Origin: a virus
Lineage: Duplodnaviria > Caudoviricetes
Reading direction: 5' to 3' (one strand)
Length of the DNA: 42,073 bases
Virus record (IMG/VR): IMGVR_UViG_3300025848_000069
Coordinates: 1 to 42,073 of that record
Shown: positions 1-8,700 of the stretch, piece after piece
How the letters are laid out: the number at the start of each line of letters is the position of its first letter
Numbering within the stretch: the first letter of the stretch is position 1
Notes under the pieces: model-generated
What the model saw: only the letters and a program-made list of their open reading frames with translations
Told to the model about the DNA's origin: nothing
The model's database searches: none
Position numbers and translations under genes: made by a program

Positions 1-2
1 TC

Positions 3-467
3 GTCACCACATCGAAGGGCGGCAGCATGAACGTGTGCCTGCTCAAGGCAGTGGTGCGCTTCACGCACGCAGCCAGCGGCACGCACGTCGAGGTCCACGC
101 GCTGGGCGAGGGCGCCGACTCTGGCGACAAGGCCGGCAACAAGGCGATGACATGTGCTTACAAGTACGCCTTGCGTCAGACCTTCTGCATCGAGACGGGC
201 GATGACCCAGATCGTGACCAGGACAACGTGTACCAGCAGCGGGTGCAGCGACCAGGCGAGCACGCCAGTTGGGCCAAGGACGAGGCAGGCTTCATGGCTT
301 GGCTTGATAAGCAGGGCTGGGCGTATGACTTGGTGGCCGCGTTTTGCGATAGCTTGGGCAAGCCGGCGCCGGCTGGTATGTCGAACGAGCAGCGCCGTGG
401 CTTGTCCGTGTGGATGACCACGGGTGGTGCCGAGACGTGGCGCGGGTTTCTGGCGGGGGTGAAGTGA
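3..467 (+). CDS. erf: ERF-family single-strand annealing protein (5' partial)
   Basis: Frame is open from the window edge; motif GEGADSGDKAGNKAMTCAYKYALRQTFCIETGDDPD matches the ERF G..D..DK...KA.T.A.KY.L...F.I...DDPD signature. Confidence 0.85.
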   Translation, partial: VTTSKGGSMNVCLLKAVVRFTHAASGTHVEVHALGEGADSGDKAGNKAMTCAYKYALRQTFCIETGDDPDRDQDNVYQQRVQRPGEHASWAKDEAGFMAWLDKQGWAYDLVAAFCDSLGKPAPAGMSNEQRRGLSVWMTTGGAETWRGFLAGVK

Positions 468-916
468 TGGCCGTCAGCGACCGCGAGTTCAGTAAGCAAG
501 TGCTCGCTCGCCTGCATGGCATGGCGCGTACCAAAATCTGCAAGAGCCGCAGGTGCCAAGTCTGCAAGGAGTTGCCACGTGAGAGGCCGACCACCCCTTC
601 TGCCGAAAACAACGTGCTGCTTGCAATGCGAGAGGCCCGTATCCGCGAGGAACTTATGCGTGCGGCACTACCAAGCGTGGTATCGCTCACTCATCCTACC
701 GTGCCAGTTGCCAGCGCATCGGTGGAGCCTCCGAAGCAAGCGGTGTACGTACTGCCGGTTGCACAAGGATGCCGCTGGGGTGCGGTCGGAAACCTGATTA
801 ACCATGCGTTTGAGTCTGGCAATAGTCTATGCGGCAAGTGGCCGTGGAGCATGGCCAGGTTTGACTACGCAGCACCGCATTATTGCCGCGCCTGTCGGGC
901 GCAGATGGGAGTCTAG
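467..916 (+). CDS. hypothetical protein with CxxC pairs (possible Zn-binding)
   Basis: ATG overlaps the ERF stop (TGATG); CKSRRCQVC and HYCRAC motifs. Confidence 0.6.
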   Translation: MAVSDREFSKQVLARLHGMARTKICKSRRCQVCKELPRERPTTPSAENNVLLAMREARIREELMRAALPSVVSLTHPTVPVASASVEPPKQAVYVLPVAQGCRWGAVGNLINHAFESGNSLCGKWPWSMARFDYAAPHYCRACRAQMGV

Positions 917-917
917 G

Positions 918-1124
918 ATGAGTCGTTCGGTACAGAAGCGTGCGTGGCTGGAGTCTGACCGTAAGCTGCGGGCCGCATGGGAAGGGGCTGTCTTTGCCGG
1001 CAAGCCCGACTCACTGTGGCAGGCCGTGTGCAAGAAGGTGTCGGGTGGCTGGGAGTTCAGCGCACCCGAGCCGGTGGTCGCAGAGAAACCCAAGCGAGTG
1101 CGCAAGAAGAAGGAGGCAGCATGA
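918..1124 (+). CDS. small basic hypothetical protein
   Basis: ATG 1 nt after the previous stop; ATGA overlap with the next gene; MSRSVQKRAW...KPKRVRKKKEAA. Confidence 0.6.
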   Translation: MSRSVQKRAWLESDRKLRAAWEGAVFAGKPDSLWQAVCKKVSGGWEFSAPEPVVAEKPKRVRKKKEAA

Positions 1125-1297
1125 TTGACATCCGGACATGGCGTCACGGCAAGCATTGGATTGCCGAGGTCTACAGCGGTGGCGTGTTCGTCGCTCGGCA
1201 TAAGGCCGACACTCAGGAGGAGGCCAAGGAGCTTGCGCATCAGATGGTGCGTCAAGTGCGAGAGATGGTGCGCATCATCGAAAGCCTACCGGACTAG
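1121..1297 (+). CDS. small hypothetical protein (predicted three strands plus helix; paralog of 39322-39498)
   Basis: AGGAGG RBS at 1111-1116; MIDIRTWRHGKHWIAEVYSGGVFVARHKADTQEEAKELAHQMVRQVRE. Confidence 0.7.
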   Translation: MIDIRTWRHGKHWIAEVYSGGVFVARHKADTQEEAKELAHQMVRQVREMVRIIESLPD

Positions 1298-1299
1298 CC

Positions 1300-1497
1300 A
1301 TGACTTGCCTCTGGTGCAATCAACACCACCCAGGTCAAGCGTGCAAGCAGAACCTCATTGTCTGCTGCAAGTGCTACACACTCGTACCCAAGCAACAGCT
1401 CACTCGCAGGGACGGTGTGCGGTGGAACATCTGCAAGGAGTGTGAACATGACGTGGCTGATAGCATTATCATTCCTTATCCCAAAACAGATAATTGA
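1300..1497 (+). CDS. small Cys-rich (Zn-ribbon-like) protein
   Basis: CLWC, CCKC and CKEC motifs; starts 2 nt after the previous stop. Confidence 0.6.
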   Translation: MTCLWCNQHHPGQACKQNLIVCCKCYTLVPKQQLTRRDGVRWNICKECEHDVADSIIIPYPKTDN

Positions 1498-1789
1498 GGC
1501 AGTCGAACAGGTGGAAAGCCACGGTGTGTGGACCGCCAAGTCCAAGGCCGGGTGCATCGGTGTGATGCAGGTATGCCCACGGTACTCACCGGTCAAGCCA
1601 AGCTGGTTGCTGTGGCTGCCACCGGTTAATCGAGCAGCAGGGGCACACGCTTTGCGATACTGGCACAAGCGTGCGCGTGGTAACTGGGCGCGAGCGCTCG
1701 CTGGTTACCGCTGTGGCAATGCTGGCCTGCGTGGCGAGTGCGGTAAAGCTTATGCTCGCCAGGTTCTCAGCGTGGCCGGTGGTCTTTAA
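1448..1789 (+). CDS. lytic transglycosylase (SLT family) with hydrophobic N-terminus
   Basis: SLT motifs AVEQVES (catalytic Glu), AGCIGVMQV, ALAGYRCG, YARQV; N-terminus MTWLIALSFLI. Confidence 0.85.
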   Translation: MTWLIALSFLIPKQIIEAVEQVESHGVWTAKSKAGCIGVMQVCPRYSPVKPSWLLWLPPVNRAAGAHALRYWHKRARGNWARALAGYRCGNAGLRGECGKAYARQVLSVAGGL

Positions 1790-2000
1790 TCACAGCAGTG
1801 TCAGCCTTGACCTTAACCGCCTGAGTCGCCGCGTCGTCCAGTGTCTGGATAGCTGCTGCTGCTACTGCGTCGATCACAGCGTCGGGCACTAGCGGCAGCG
1901 CGTCTTTCAGCACCGTCTCGATGCTGGACCTCAGCGCCGCGTTGACCACCGGTCGCTTCGGGCTGGCAATCCAATCGGCACGCAACTGGTCGAGCATCAC
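1767..2000 (-). CDS. hypothetical protein, last gene of the lysis cassette
   Basis: GTGA-type overlap with the upstream lipoprotein gene; amphipathic helical sequence. Confidence 0.6.
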   Translation of the reverse strand: MMLDQLRADWIASPKRPVVNAALRSSIETVLKDALPLVPDAVIDAVAAAAIQTLDDAATQAVKVKADTAVIKDHRPR

Positions 2001-2170
2001 TTCACCTCGTCGGCTTCGACCTCGACCAGCTTCTTGCCGTCACACCCGACGACCACCTTGCCCGCCGGCTTGGGCTTATTGCCCAGCGGGTAGATGTCCA
2101 CGCTCGCCACCTTGCACTGAGCAGCGGGCCAGCAGCCAACAAGCAACAGACCAATCAGACACAGGCGCAT
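1997..2170 (-). CDS. small lipoprotein (o-spanin candidate)
   Basis: MRLCLIGLLLVGC signal peptide with lipobox LVGC; directly downstream of the endolysin. Confidence 0.7.
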   Translation of the reverse strand: MRLCLIGLLLVGCWPAAQCKVASVDIYPLGNKPKPAGKVVVGCDGKKLVEVEADEVK

Positions 2171-2172
2171 GG

Positions 2173-2808
2173 TTACCCCGCACGCTGAAAGTGCATGTCG
2201 TCCTTCATCTTCCACGACCCGCCCCATGTCCAGCCAGCATCGGTGAAGACCTTAACGAACGACAGATTCTGCCGCATCTTGCTTTGCCCACCCTTGCCAT
2301 CGGTGCCGCCCATTGTGTTCTCGCTGGGCGAGAAGTCGATGGCGATACCCCAGCTATGCAGGCTCAAGCTCTTCTTAGGATCCCACAGCGTGTGCCTGGG
2401 CACAAAGGTCTGCACGCTGGCTGGTGTGTAGCTGGACGCTTTGCACGCCTTGGCGAACAGGGATACGAACTCCGACGCAACCATTTTATGTAGTCGAACA
2501 GATTGGCCTGTGTGTAGTTTGGTCGATACAATATTGAGTCCCACCCATCTGGGATTAATTGCAATGCGACCACCCACACCTTCGGTATACGGAAACTTGC
2601 CGTAGACCTTTTCGATCGCAGCTTGGCCCACCGGGATGGGTCGACCCGCCAACGCAGCCTGAGTGCGCACGCCAGCCTTGCCGTCAGGCGTCAAACCGTT
2701 GGCTTTCTGAAACGCCAAGATGCCACCAGCAGCAAGCGCCACCGCAAGCATCTCAGGAGTCAACCGGCCGGCTGCAATCTCGTGAGCGTTGAACTCGTCT
2801 GGCGTCAT
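2173..2808 (-). CDS. endolysin: peptidoglycan-binding segment + M15-family Zn peptidase
   Basis: FQKANGLTPDGKAGVRT (PG_binding_1-like); SLHSWGIAID and WGGSWKMKDDMHFQ are M15 Zn-peptidase motifs. Confidence 0.9.
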   Translation of the reverse strand: MTPDEFNAHEIAAGRLTPEMLAVALAAGGILAFQKANGLTPDGKAGVRTQAALAGRPIPVGQAAIEKVYGKFPYTEGVGGRIAINPRWVGLNIVSTKLHTGQSVRLHKMVASEFVSLFAKACKASSYTPASVQTFVPRHTLWDPKKSLSLHSWGIAIDFSPSENTMGGTDGKGGQSKMRQNLSFVKVFTDAGWTWGGSWKMKDDMHFQRAG

Positions 2809-2810
2809 GG

Positions 2811-3185
2811 CTAGTCCAGCGTCAGTAGGTACTTGACCGTGTTGACCGTGCCCAGCATCTCGTCTCGGATGTTCAGCAAGTCGCTATCGACCTTCGCGTC
2901 GTACATCTGATTGAACGACAAGAAGAAGTCGGTCAACTCATCCATGAACTCGCTGACCGAAAGGTCATCCATGTTGGCCAGTTCGATCGGCCCGCCCACG
3001 CAGACTCGACCGTACTTGCCCATGTGGCACTCGATGAACTGGTCCATGCCTGAAGACAGCTTGTCGTACAACATGCCGTAGGCGTTATGACGCGCAAACT
3101 TCTTGGTTTGCCAGTGTAGGATACGCGCCTGAGCCTGGTACTTCAGAAAGCACGTGACCAGATGACCGCTCTTCTCGTCGTGCAT
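2811..3185 (-). CDS. viral ferritin/Dps-like four-helix protein (DUF5856-like)
   Basis: HWQTKKFARHNAYGMLYDKL...DQFIECHMGKYGR and DLLNIRDEM...KYLLTL recognised as this viral family; start MHDEK chosen from the GAGG RBS. Confidence 0.75.
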   Translation of the reverse strand: MHDEKSGHLVTCFLKYQAQARILHWQTKKFARHNAYGMLYDKLSSGMDQFIECHMGKYGRVCVGGPIELANMDDLSVSEFMDELTDFFLSFNQMYDAKVDSDLLNIRDEMLGTVNTVKYLLTLD

Positions 3186-3186
3186 G

Positions 3187-3366
3187 TTATGCCTCGCTGT
3201 GCGCAACAGACCGGAAGTATCCGGCTGCCATAGTGAACAGCAAAACAAGGCCATCGGTCAAGTCTTGCTGATACGGCCCAAGGTCAAGACCATGGCGAGC
3301 CGCAACGCCGACAGCCACGCTGACCAATACGCCAGCGAGCGCGATGTAAGTACGCTTGCCCTTCAC
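3187..3366 (-). CDS. holin candidate (2 TM, 59 aa; not in the ORF track)
   Basis: Manual translation from GTG: MKGKRTYIALAGVLVSVAVGVAARHGLDLGPYQQDLTDGLVLLFTMAAGYFRSVAHSEA; GTGA overlap with the upstream gene. Confidence 0.7.
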   Translation of the reverse strand: MKGKRTYIALAGVLVSVAVGVAARHGLDLGPYQQDLTDGLVLLFTMAAGYFRSVAHSEA

Positions 3367-3518
3367 GGCGTCACCGCGCTGGGGGCGTCGGCAGCAGTGA
3401 CAGCTTCAGCCGCATCGACCACCTGCACTACGTCGTCAACAATAACGATCGCCGTCGTCGAAACCGGCGCGGGCTTGGAGCAGGCAACAAGGGTAAGAGC
3501 AAGTAGAACGTAACGCAT
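3363..3518 (-). CDS. small lipoprotein (51 aa; not in the ORF track)
   Basis: Manual translation MRYVLLALTLVAC|SKPAPVSTTAIVIVDDVVQVVDAAEAVTAADAPSAVTP; lipobox LVAC; GGAG RBS. Confidence 0.7.
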   Translation of the reverse strand: MRYVLLALTLVACSKPAPVSTTAIVIVDDVVQVVDAAEAVTAADAPSAVTP

Positions 3519-3520
3519 GA

Positions 3521-5047
3521 TTAACTCCTAATGGCCACGATGCGGTATGTGCCCGCTGGTGGTGTGTAGCTTCCGGCAGCCGGAGGCATGAAGGTGACGG
3601 CAAGCGTATTGGCTGCCGACACGCGGGCGTTGAATACTGCCGCCCCTGGCGCATTCACGGTCACCGTGTCGGTGGTCGCAAGGCCGCTCACGGTGAAGGT
3701 CTGCTCGGCGGGGGCACCCGCACTGACTGCGGCAGGCGTCAGCGTCGGGGTATAGACGTTCTGTTGCGTGATGGCCGTTCCCGACGTGCCAATCTTGAGC
3801 GAAACGGGAACGGTGACCGCACGGCTATTTGCCACCGCAATCGCATCGTTGCCGGAAATCTTGAAGACTATGGTGCCGCCCGCCGCAAGCTGATTAATGC
3901 GAAATTCGCCTGTGCTGTTCCAATAACCAGTAAACGTTTTGACGACCCCAGTTTGATCCCAGTATTCGATACCAGAGAAGCCCGATGCATTGGTGTTCTG
4001 CACGTTTACGCAGGCGCCAAGGGTATTGCCAATCAAGCGAACCGTATCGGTGAGAGCAATCACCCGATCTGTATAGTTGATCTTGAACTTGATAGATGGT
4101 GCAGCCGAGAAGTTGTTGAACCGAAATTCGCCCGTACTGATTTGGTAACCAGTGAACACTCTGACCGCGCCGGTGTTGTCGAAGTACTCGACACCGGAAA
4201 AACCGGTTGCGTTGTTATTCTGAACCCCAAGTGGGGCGCCGCCAGTTGAACCCAAAACTTTGATAGCATCGTTGGTTACACCACCCGACGAATACTCATC
4301 GAGACCCTTGGTGCCCGCACCAATGGTCAATGGATAAGTTGTCGAAGCGGCCTTGATGCTCAGATTACCACTCATCGTATCACCAGCACGCTGCACGGCA
4401 GTGCTTGCCAGCGTGCCCTGCGCGGCAGTGGCAAACGCTGTGCTGTTCTGCGTCGCCGCTGTTCCCAGACCCAAGTTATTGCGGGCCGTGGCTACGTTCT
4501 GCACGTCGCTGAGGTTGTTTGCGGCGAGCAGAGCGCCAACAAGGTTGGCTTGCAGGATGCTCCAGCTTGAGCCGACTGCCGCTTGCGTGCCACCTGCATT
4601 GTCGGCGAGCGCAAGGATCGCGTCGCCGGCCTGCACCGAGATGCCCGAGGCGCCGCCAATGAGGCCAGCCACCGATACAACCCACACGTCACCCTTGTTG
4701 GCTGCCGGATAGTTTGGGTTGGTGCTGCAATCGATCGTGCCTTGGAGGTCAAGTAAGCCGACCACAGACGTGTCAACGTAGCCCTTGGTCGCAGCATCGG
4801 TCGATACAAGAGGAGCGCCCAGCATATTGATTTGCTGGTTGCTCATGTTGATGGCGCCGGTCATCGTGCCGCCGGCCTTGGGCAGCGCCGCGTTGGCTGT
4901 GGCCTGCGCAATCAACGCAGCCTGCAATGCCGCAGCCGCGCTACCAGAAGCAGCGATGTCGTAGGTCGTGCCGTTAAAGGTCAAACTACCTGGCGTCAGC
5001 GTGACGAGGTTATCTGCGTCATACGCCACACCCTGTCTGTTGCTCAC
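3521..5047 (-). CDS. tail fibre / receptor-binding protein
   Basis: Fibre motifs LPKAGGTMTG, DAATKGYVD and NNLSDVQNVATARNNLGL; Gly/Thr/Ala-rich; internal 74-aa tandem repeat. Confidence 0.8.
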   Translation of the reverse strand: MSNRQGVAYDADNLVTLTPGSLTFNGTTYDIAASGSAAAALQAALIAQATANAALPKAGGTMTGAINMSNQQINMLGAPLVSTDAATKGYVDTSVVGLLDLQGTIDCSTNPNYPAANKGDVWVVSVAGLIGGASGISVQAGDAILALADNAGGTQAAVGSSWSILQANLVGALLAANNLSDVQNVATARNNLGLGTAATQNSTAFATAAQGTLASTAVQRAGDTMSGNLSIKAASTTYPLTIGAGTKGLDEYSSGGVTNDAIKVLGSTGGAPLGVQNNNATGFSGVEYFDNTGAVRVFTGYQISTGEFRFNNFSAAPSIKFKINYTDRVIALTDTVRLIGNTLGACVNVQNTNASGFSGIEYWDQTGVVKTFTGYWNSTGEFRINQLAAGGTIVFKISGNDAIAVANSRAVTVPVSLKIGTSGTAITQQNVYTPTLTPAAVSAGAPAEQTFTVSGLATTDTVTVNAPGAAVFNARVSAANTLAVTFMPPAAGSYTPPAGTYRIVAIRS

Positions 5048-5274
5048 GATGAAACCTTGGCTAATGCCCGCCGTACATCTTCTTCGCGAGCGTCTTCCAG
5101 TTTCTCAACACGGTCGTGCAGCGACTTGTGCAGCGTCTCAGCCTTGGCCAGACGCTCGCCTAGTTCAGCAAACTGAGTCTTCAGCCAAGCCACTGCGGTA
5201 ACAACCGTGACGATTGTCGATACGCCAGCAGAGACCAAAGCGATGACCACGTTCATGCCGACATCCCCGCTCAT
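5044..5274 (-). CDS. membrane-anchored coiled-coil protein (XhlA/holin- or i-spanin-like)
   Basis: N-terminal TM VVIALVSAGVSTIVTVVTAVAWL followed by a heptad coiled coil; TAATG coupling. Confidence 0.6.
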   Translation of the reverse strand: MSGDVGMNVVIALVSAGVSTIVTVVTAVAWLKTQFAELGERLAKAETLHKSLHDRVEKLEDAREEDVRRALAKVSS

Positions 5275-5687
5275 TACTGCTGACCCTGCAACCAAACTTG
5301 AGGATTGGCGCCAGCACCCAAGTTCTTTACTTCAAGATACAGACCATCGGCGCAAGCGGACTTGTTGTTGTCCAGAATCGGAATGCGAACCACGCCATCA
5401 GCGTGGTCGACGCGGAAGAAGCCTTTACTAACACCCATAGATCCACCAAGCGTGGTATCCAGCACCCAAAGCTGGGCCGACTCGTACCACCACCAGATGC
5501 CGATGTCGAAGTTGGTCAAGGTGGTGAACGTAATCAAGTCGATGTTCTGCCACTGGCCACGAGGAACCATCGGTTCTGTTCGGTTAGGCAGCGAACTAAC
5601 CGGCGGGTTGTTAGCTGCCGTTACATCAAGCACCTTGCGCTCAGCTTCAGTGGCTCCGTTCTTCAGGGTGCGCGATGCGTGAAACAT
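5274..5687 (-). CDS. hypothetical beta-rich virion-type protein
   Basis: GGAGG RBS; position between the internal proteins and the tail fibre. Confidence 0.6.
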   Translation of the reverse strand: MFHASRTLKNGATEAERKVLDVTAANNPPVSSLPNRTEPMVPRGQWQNIDLITFTTLTNFDIGIWWWYESAQLWVLDTTLGGSMGVSKGFFRVDHADGVVRIPILDNNKSACADGLYLEVKNLGAGANPQVWLQGQQ

Positions 5688-5708
5688 GATTCCTCCGTTC
5701 GTGCCGCA

Positions 5709-5737
5709 AGCCTACTTGAAGAGTTTTGTCAAGTCTA
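5709..5737 (-). promoter_or_regulatory. putative sigma70-type promoter for the fibre/lysis genes
   Basis: Minus strand TAGACT-17 nt-TAGGCT upstream of GGAGG and ATG 5687. Confidence 0.45.
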
Positions 5738-8700
5738 GTCTTTAGTCGGCTGTTGCTTAGGGCGCACGAGCATTTTCTGCTGCTCCTTGATTGCACGCTC
5801 CATCTTGTCTTTAAATCGATCCATACCACCCTTGATTAGCTTGTAAGCGGCCACAAGGTTTTGGTGCTCAATCTTCTCTTGCTCAGTTGCATCGGCGCCA
5901 AGCGGCTCACGAGTGCGTTTCTTTAGCTCATTGAGCACCGAGTTGTTCAACTCAGTATCAAACCGGTTCAAGTAAGACTTCAACCTGGGGTAGCCACGCG
6001 GGTCGTCGGGCGACTCGCCACCGGTGCCGTAGAACACTTGGTTCCAGCCAATGCCAAACAACTGTGCAATCGCCCACTCCATCATAGTAGAGGAGTCTTC
6101 GTATTCACCGCTCTTGCTAATCGTCGAGCCGTAGCTGGTGTACTTCTCCATAGAGTCGGCACCAGCCTTGCCGGCTAGTGCTGCCGCAACGTCGGCCATC
6201 GAGAAGGGCGTGGCGCCGAACACCATCGAGCCAAACTGACGAAGCAAAGCAGACGAAGTCTTCTTGCCTTCGGACATTTCCTTTGCCCACTGCAAGAGCG
6301 GGCTGCCGGTCAGTCCGATAAGTCGAAGCAGGTCTTCTCTGTTAGAAATCTCGCCGGCTGCCCACTTGGTCATGTCTCGTTTGACAAGAGCGCGATACTT
6401 GTAAGCCTCCGGGTCTTCCTTGGCCAATCGCCGCATCTCTTCTGCGTACTCACCAATCTCTGGCTTGTTGCGTTTCAGAAGCTCTACTTGTTCAGGTGTA
6501 AACCGCTCCCAGTCCACGTCAGCGCTTTGAATCTTGGCCAAGTAGTCCGGGTTGGTAAACGGAGATGAAGGCGAAAAACGCATCCAGTCTACAGCACCGG
6601 CCAATGCGTTCATTGCGCTGGTCGTAGGTGCGCTAAACAACAACGGTGCCGTATTGCGCATCCGCAAATACGCTGGGTTGACACCAGGCGCAACAACAAC
6701 CGAAGTCAAAGCTTGATTGTAACCAAGCGAGCGGCGCACATCTTCCATCGCCTGTTGATTCGCAAACGCAGCTTGCGACCCGGAAATCATCGCGGCCCGC
6801 TTGAGCCACCAAGAAGAGAACTGCTTTGCTTGCTCAGTCAGCACACGTGGTGAGTTGGTCTCCATGGCTACCGGCCCTTCCATCATCCGGGATACCAATC
6901 CCTTTTTGATGAACGGGATATCCAATGCGCCTGCGGCCCAAGTAAAGATACCAGAGATTGGCTGCATCGCAGTAGATTGCAATGCCTTGAACCACAAGCC
7001 CATTCGCTCCGGGTTCAAGAACTTGCTTTCTTGCGCAACATCGGCCGCCTTTGCCAGCACATCCGACAGCTCCTTAGAACCAGCACCAAGCTTCTTTGCC
7101 GGCTGACGACCCATTGGGTCCGTGGCCTCAAAGCTTCCATCCTCCAGCTTGGTCAACTTGATATTCTCGTATGGAGTAATAGGGAACTGAGCAACGGTTC
7201 CTGGTTCCATCTTCTCAAGCTTGTCGTAGAAGTCGTTATAGACATGAACCATTTCTTCCAATCGGAAGGGCGCATCGCCAGCCTTGGTATACATGTCAAC
7301 CATAAAGTCGCGAAACTTTCCATATGATTCAGGCAGATACATCCAGTTGAAGTCGCCGGATTCAATAGCTGCTTCAAGCTTGGCGAGCGTGCCAAACCTT
7401 TCCTTAAGTCCAGCCCAAGCCGGGTTTTCGCCATAGAGCTTTTTGAACTCGGTGCGAAACAATGCGTTGCGCCTGGCGATCGAGTCGTACATTTGCATGT
7501 CGTAATCGGAAAGACCCTCATGCTTTCCGCTGATGAACTTGTTGAACTTGTACGACTCTGAGAACAAACTGGGCATAAAGTTGACGCCGCCTCGGGTGAG
7601 AACTTGAAGCAGCGAGTTGGACAGGTTGTTGTTCACCAGTGCCCGCAAGTTCATCGGCACAACGCCCTTCTTGGTGAAGCGTGCCACGCCTTGGATTGCG
7701 TTGGCGATATCGCCCAGGTCGGTCGCGTCAACAAGCGATGCAAAGTGCGCACGCATTGCGCGAGAAACAACCGGGTCAATGTGCATGTTGTCCATGTTTG
7801 GCGGCGCCGCATCGGTGCCTTCGAACACTCGGCTGTAAACAGTGCCGATTACGTTCTTCAAAGCTTGGTCAACAGGCTTCTGCTTTCGGATGTCCTCGGC
7901 CGCAGAGTATAGCTTAGCGCGTTGCTCCGGCGTCCAACGGTCCATCTCGGCAACACGCGACAGCTGGTCAGCAACAATCGAGCCGCTGTATGGCATCAGC
8001 ATCGGCGGCGGTTCGTTGTTGTTGATCATGTCTTCGGCTACTTGAATAGCGTAAGTAGAAGCATCCACCGGCTCCTTTCCGGTCAGGCTATTTTTCTTCC
8101 AAGAACCATCTGGATTGAGACGAAAACGATTGTATTCGTCGTTCATGCTGTGAAGCATACCGTAGGTCTGAGCCGCTGCCGCTTGTTTGCTGGCAATATA
8201 ATCAAGCGCTCCGGCTCGCGCTGCATTGGTCACCTTAGGGTCTGCCTTGTCCATTGCATCGACAAAATCCTTGCGAGTCAGGATTGGCTCGCCCTCGTAG
8301 ACCAAGTCCGGGAATCGGTTCTTGCTATGGAACGAAAGACGTTTCTCGTCCACCAGCAGCTTGCGTACTTCAACAAGGGCGCGGCCAATGAACTTGCTAT
8401 CCATGCCGGCTTTTTTCAGACGGTCCCCTACTTGATTAAGGATTGAACGACGAAGCTCGGTTGAATGCAAGAACGGTTGCATGGTGTCTTCTTGCAACGC
8501 CTCCAGCAATCGAGACATGACCGTCTCTTCGGTCAACATCTTGCGTTGAAGGCGCTCGGACACATTCAGAAAAGCGTTAGGCTCCGCGCCAAGCTCCGGG
8601 TTTGTAACCGGTAGATCGTAGCCAAGCCGAATAATCTCCTGCGCATACTCGCGCAACATGTTGTTAAAACGTTCGTTGTTGGTCGTGAATGCTTTCGGCG

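Noticed and set aside
3521-5047. Diversity-generating retroelement target (repeat in the fibre)
   Set aside because: No reverse transcriptase in the window; both repeat copies are in-frame coding and differ at all base types
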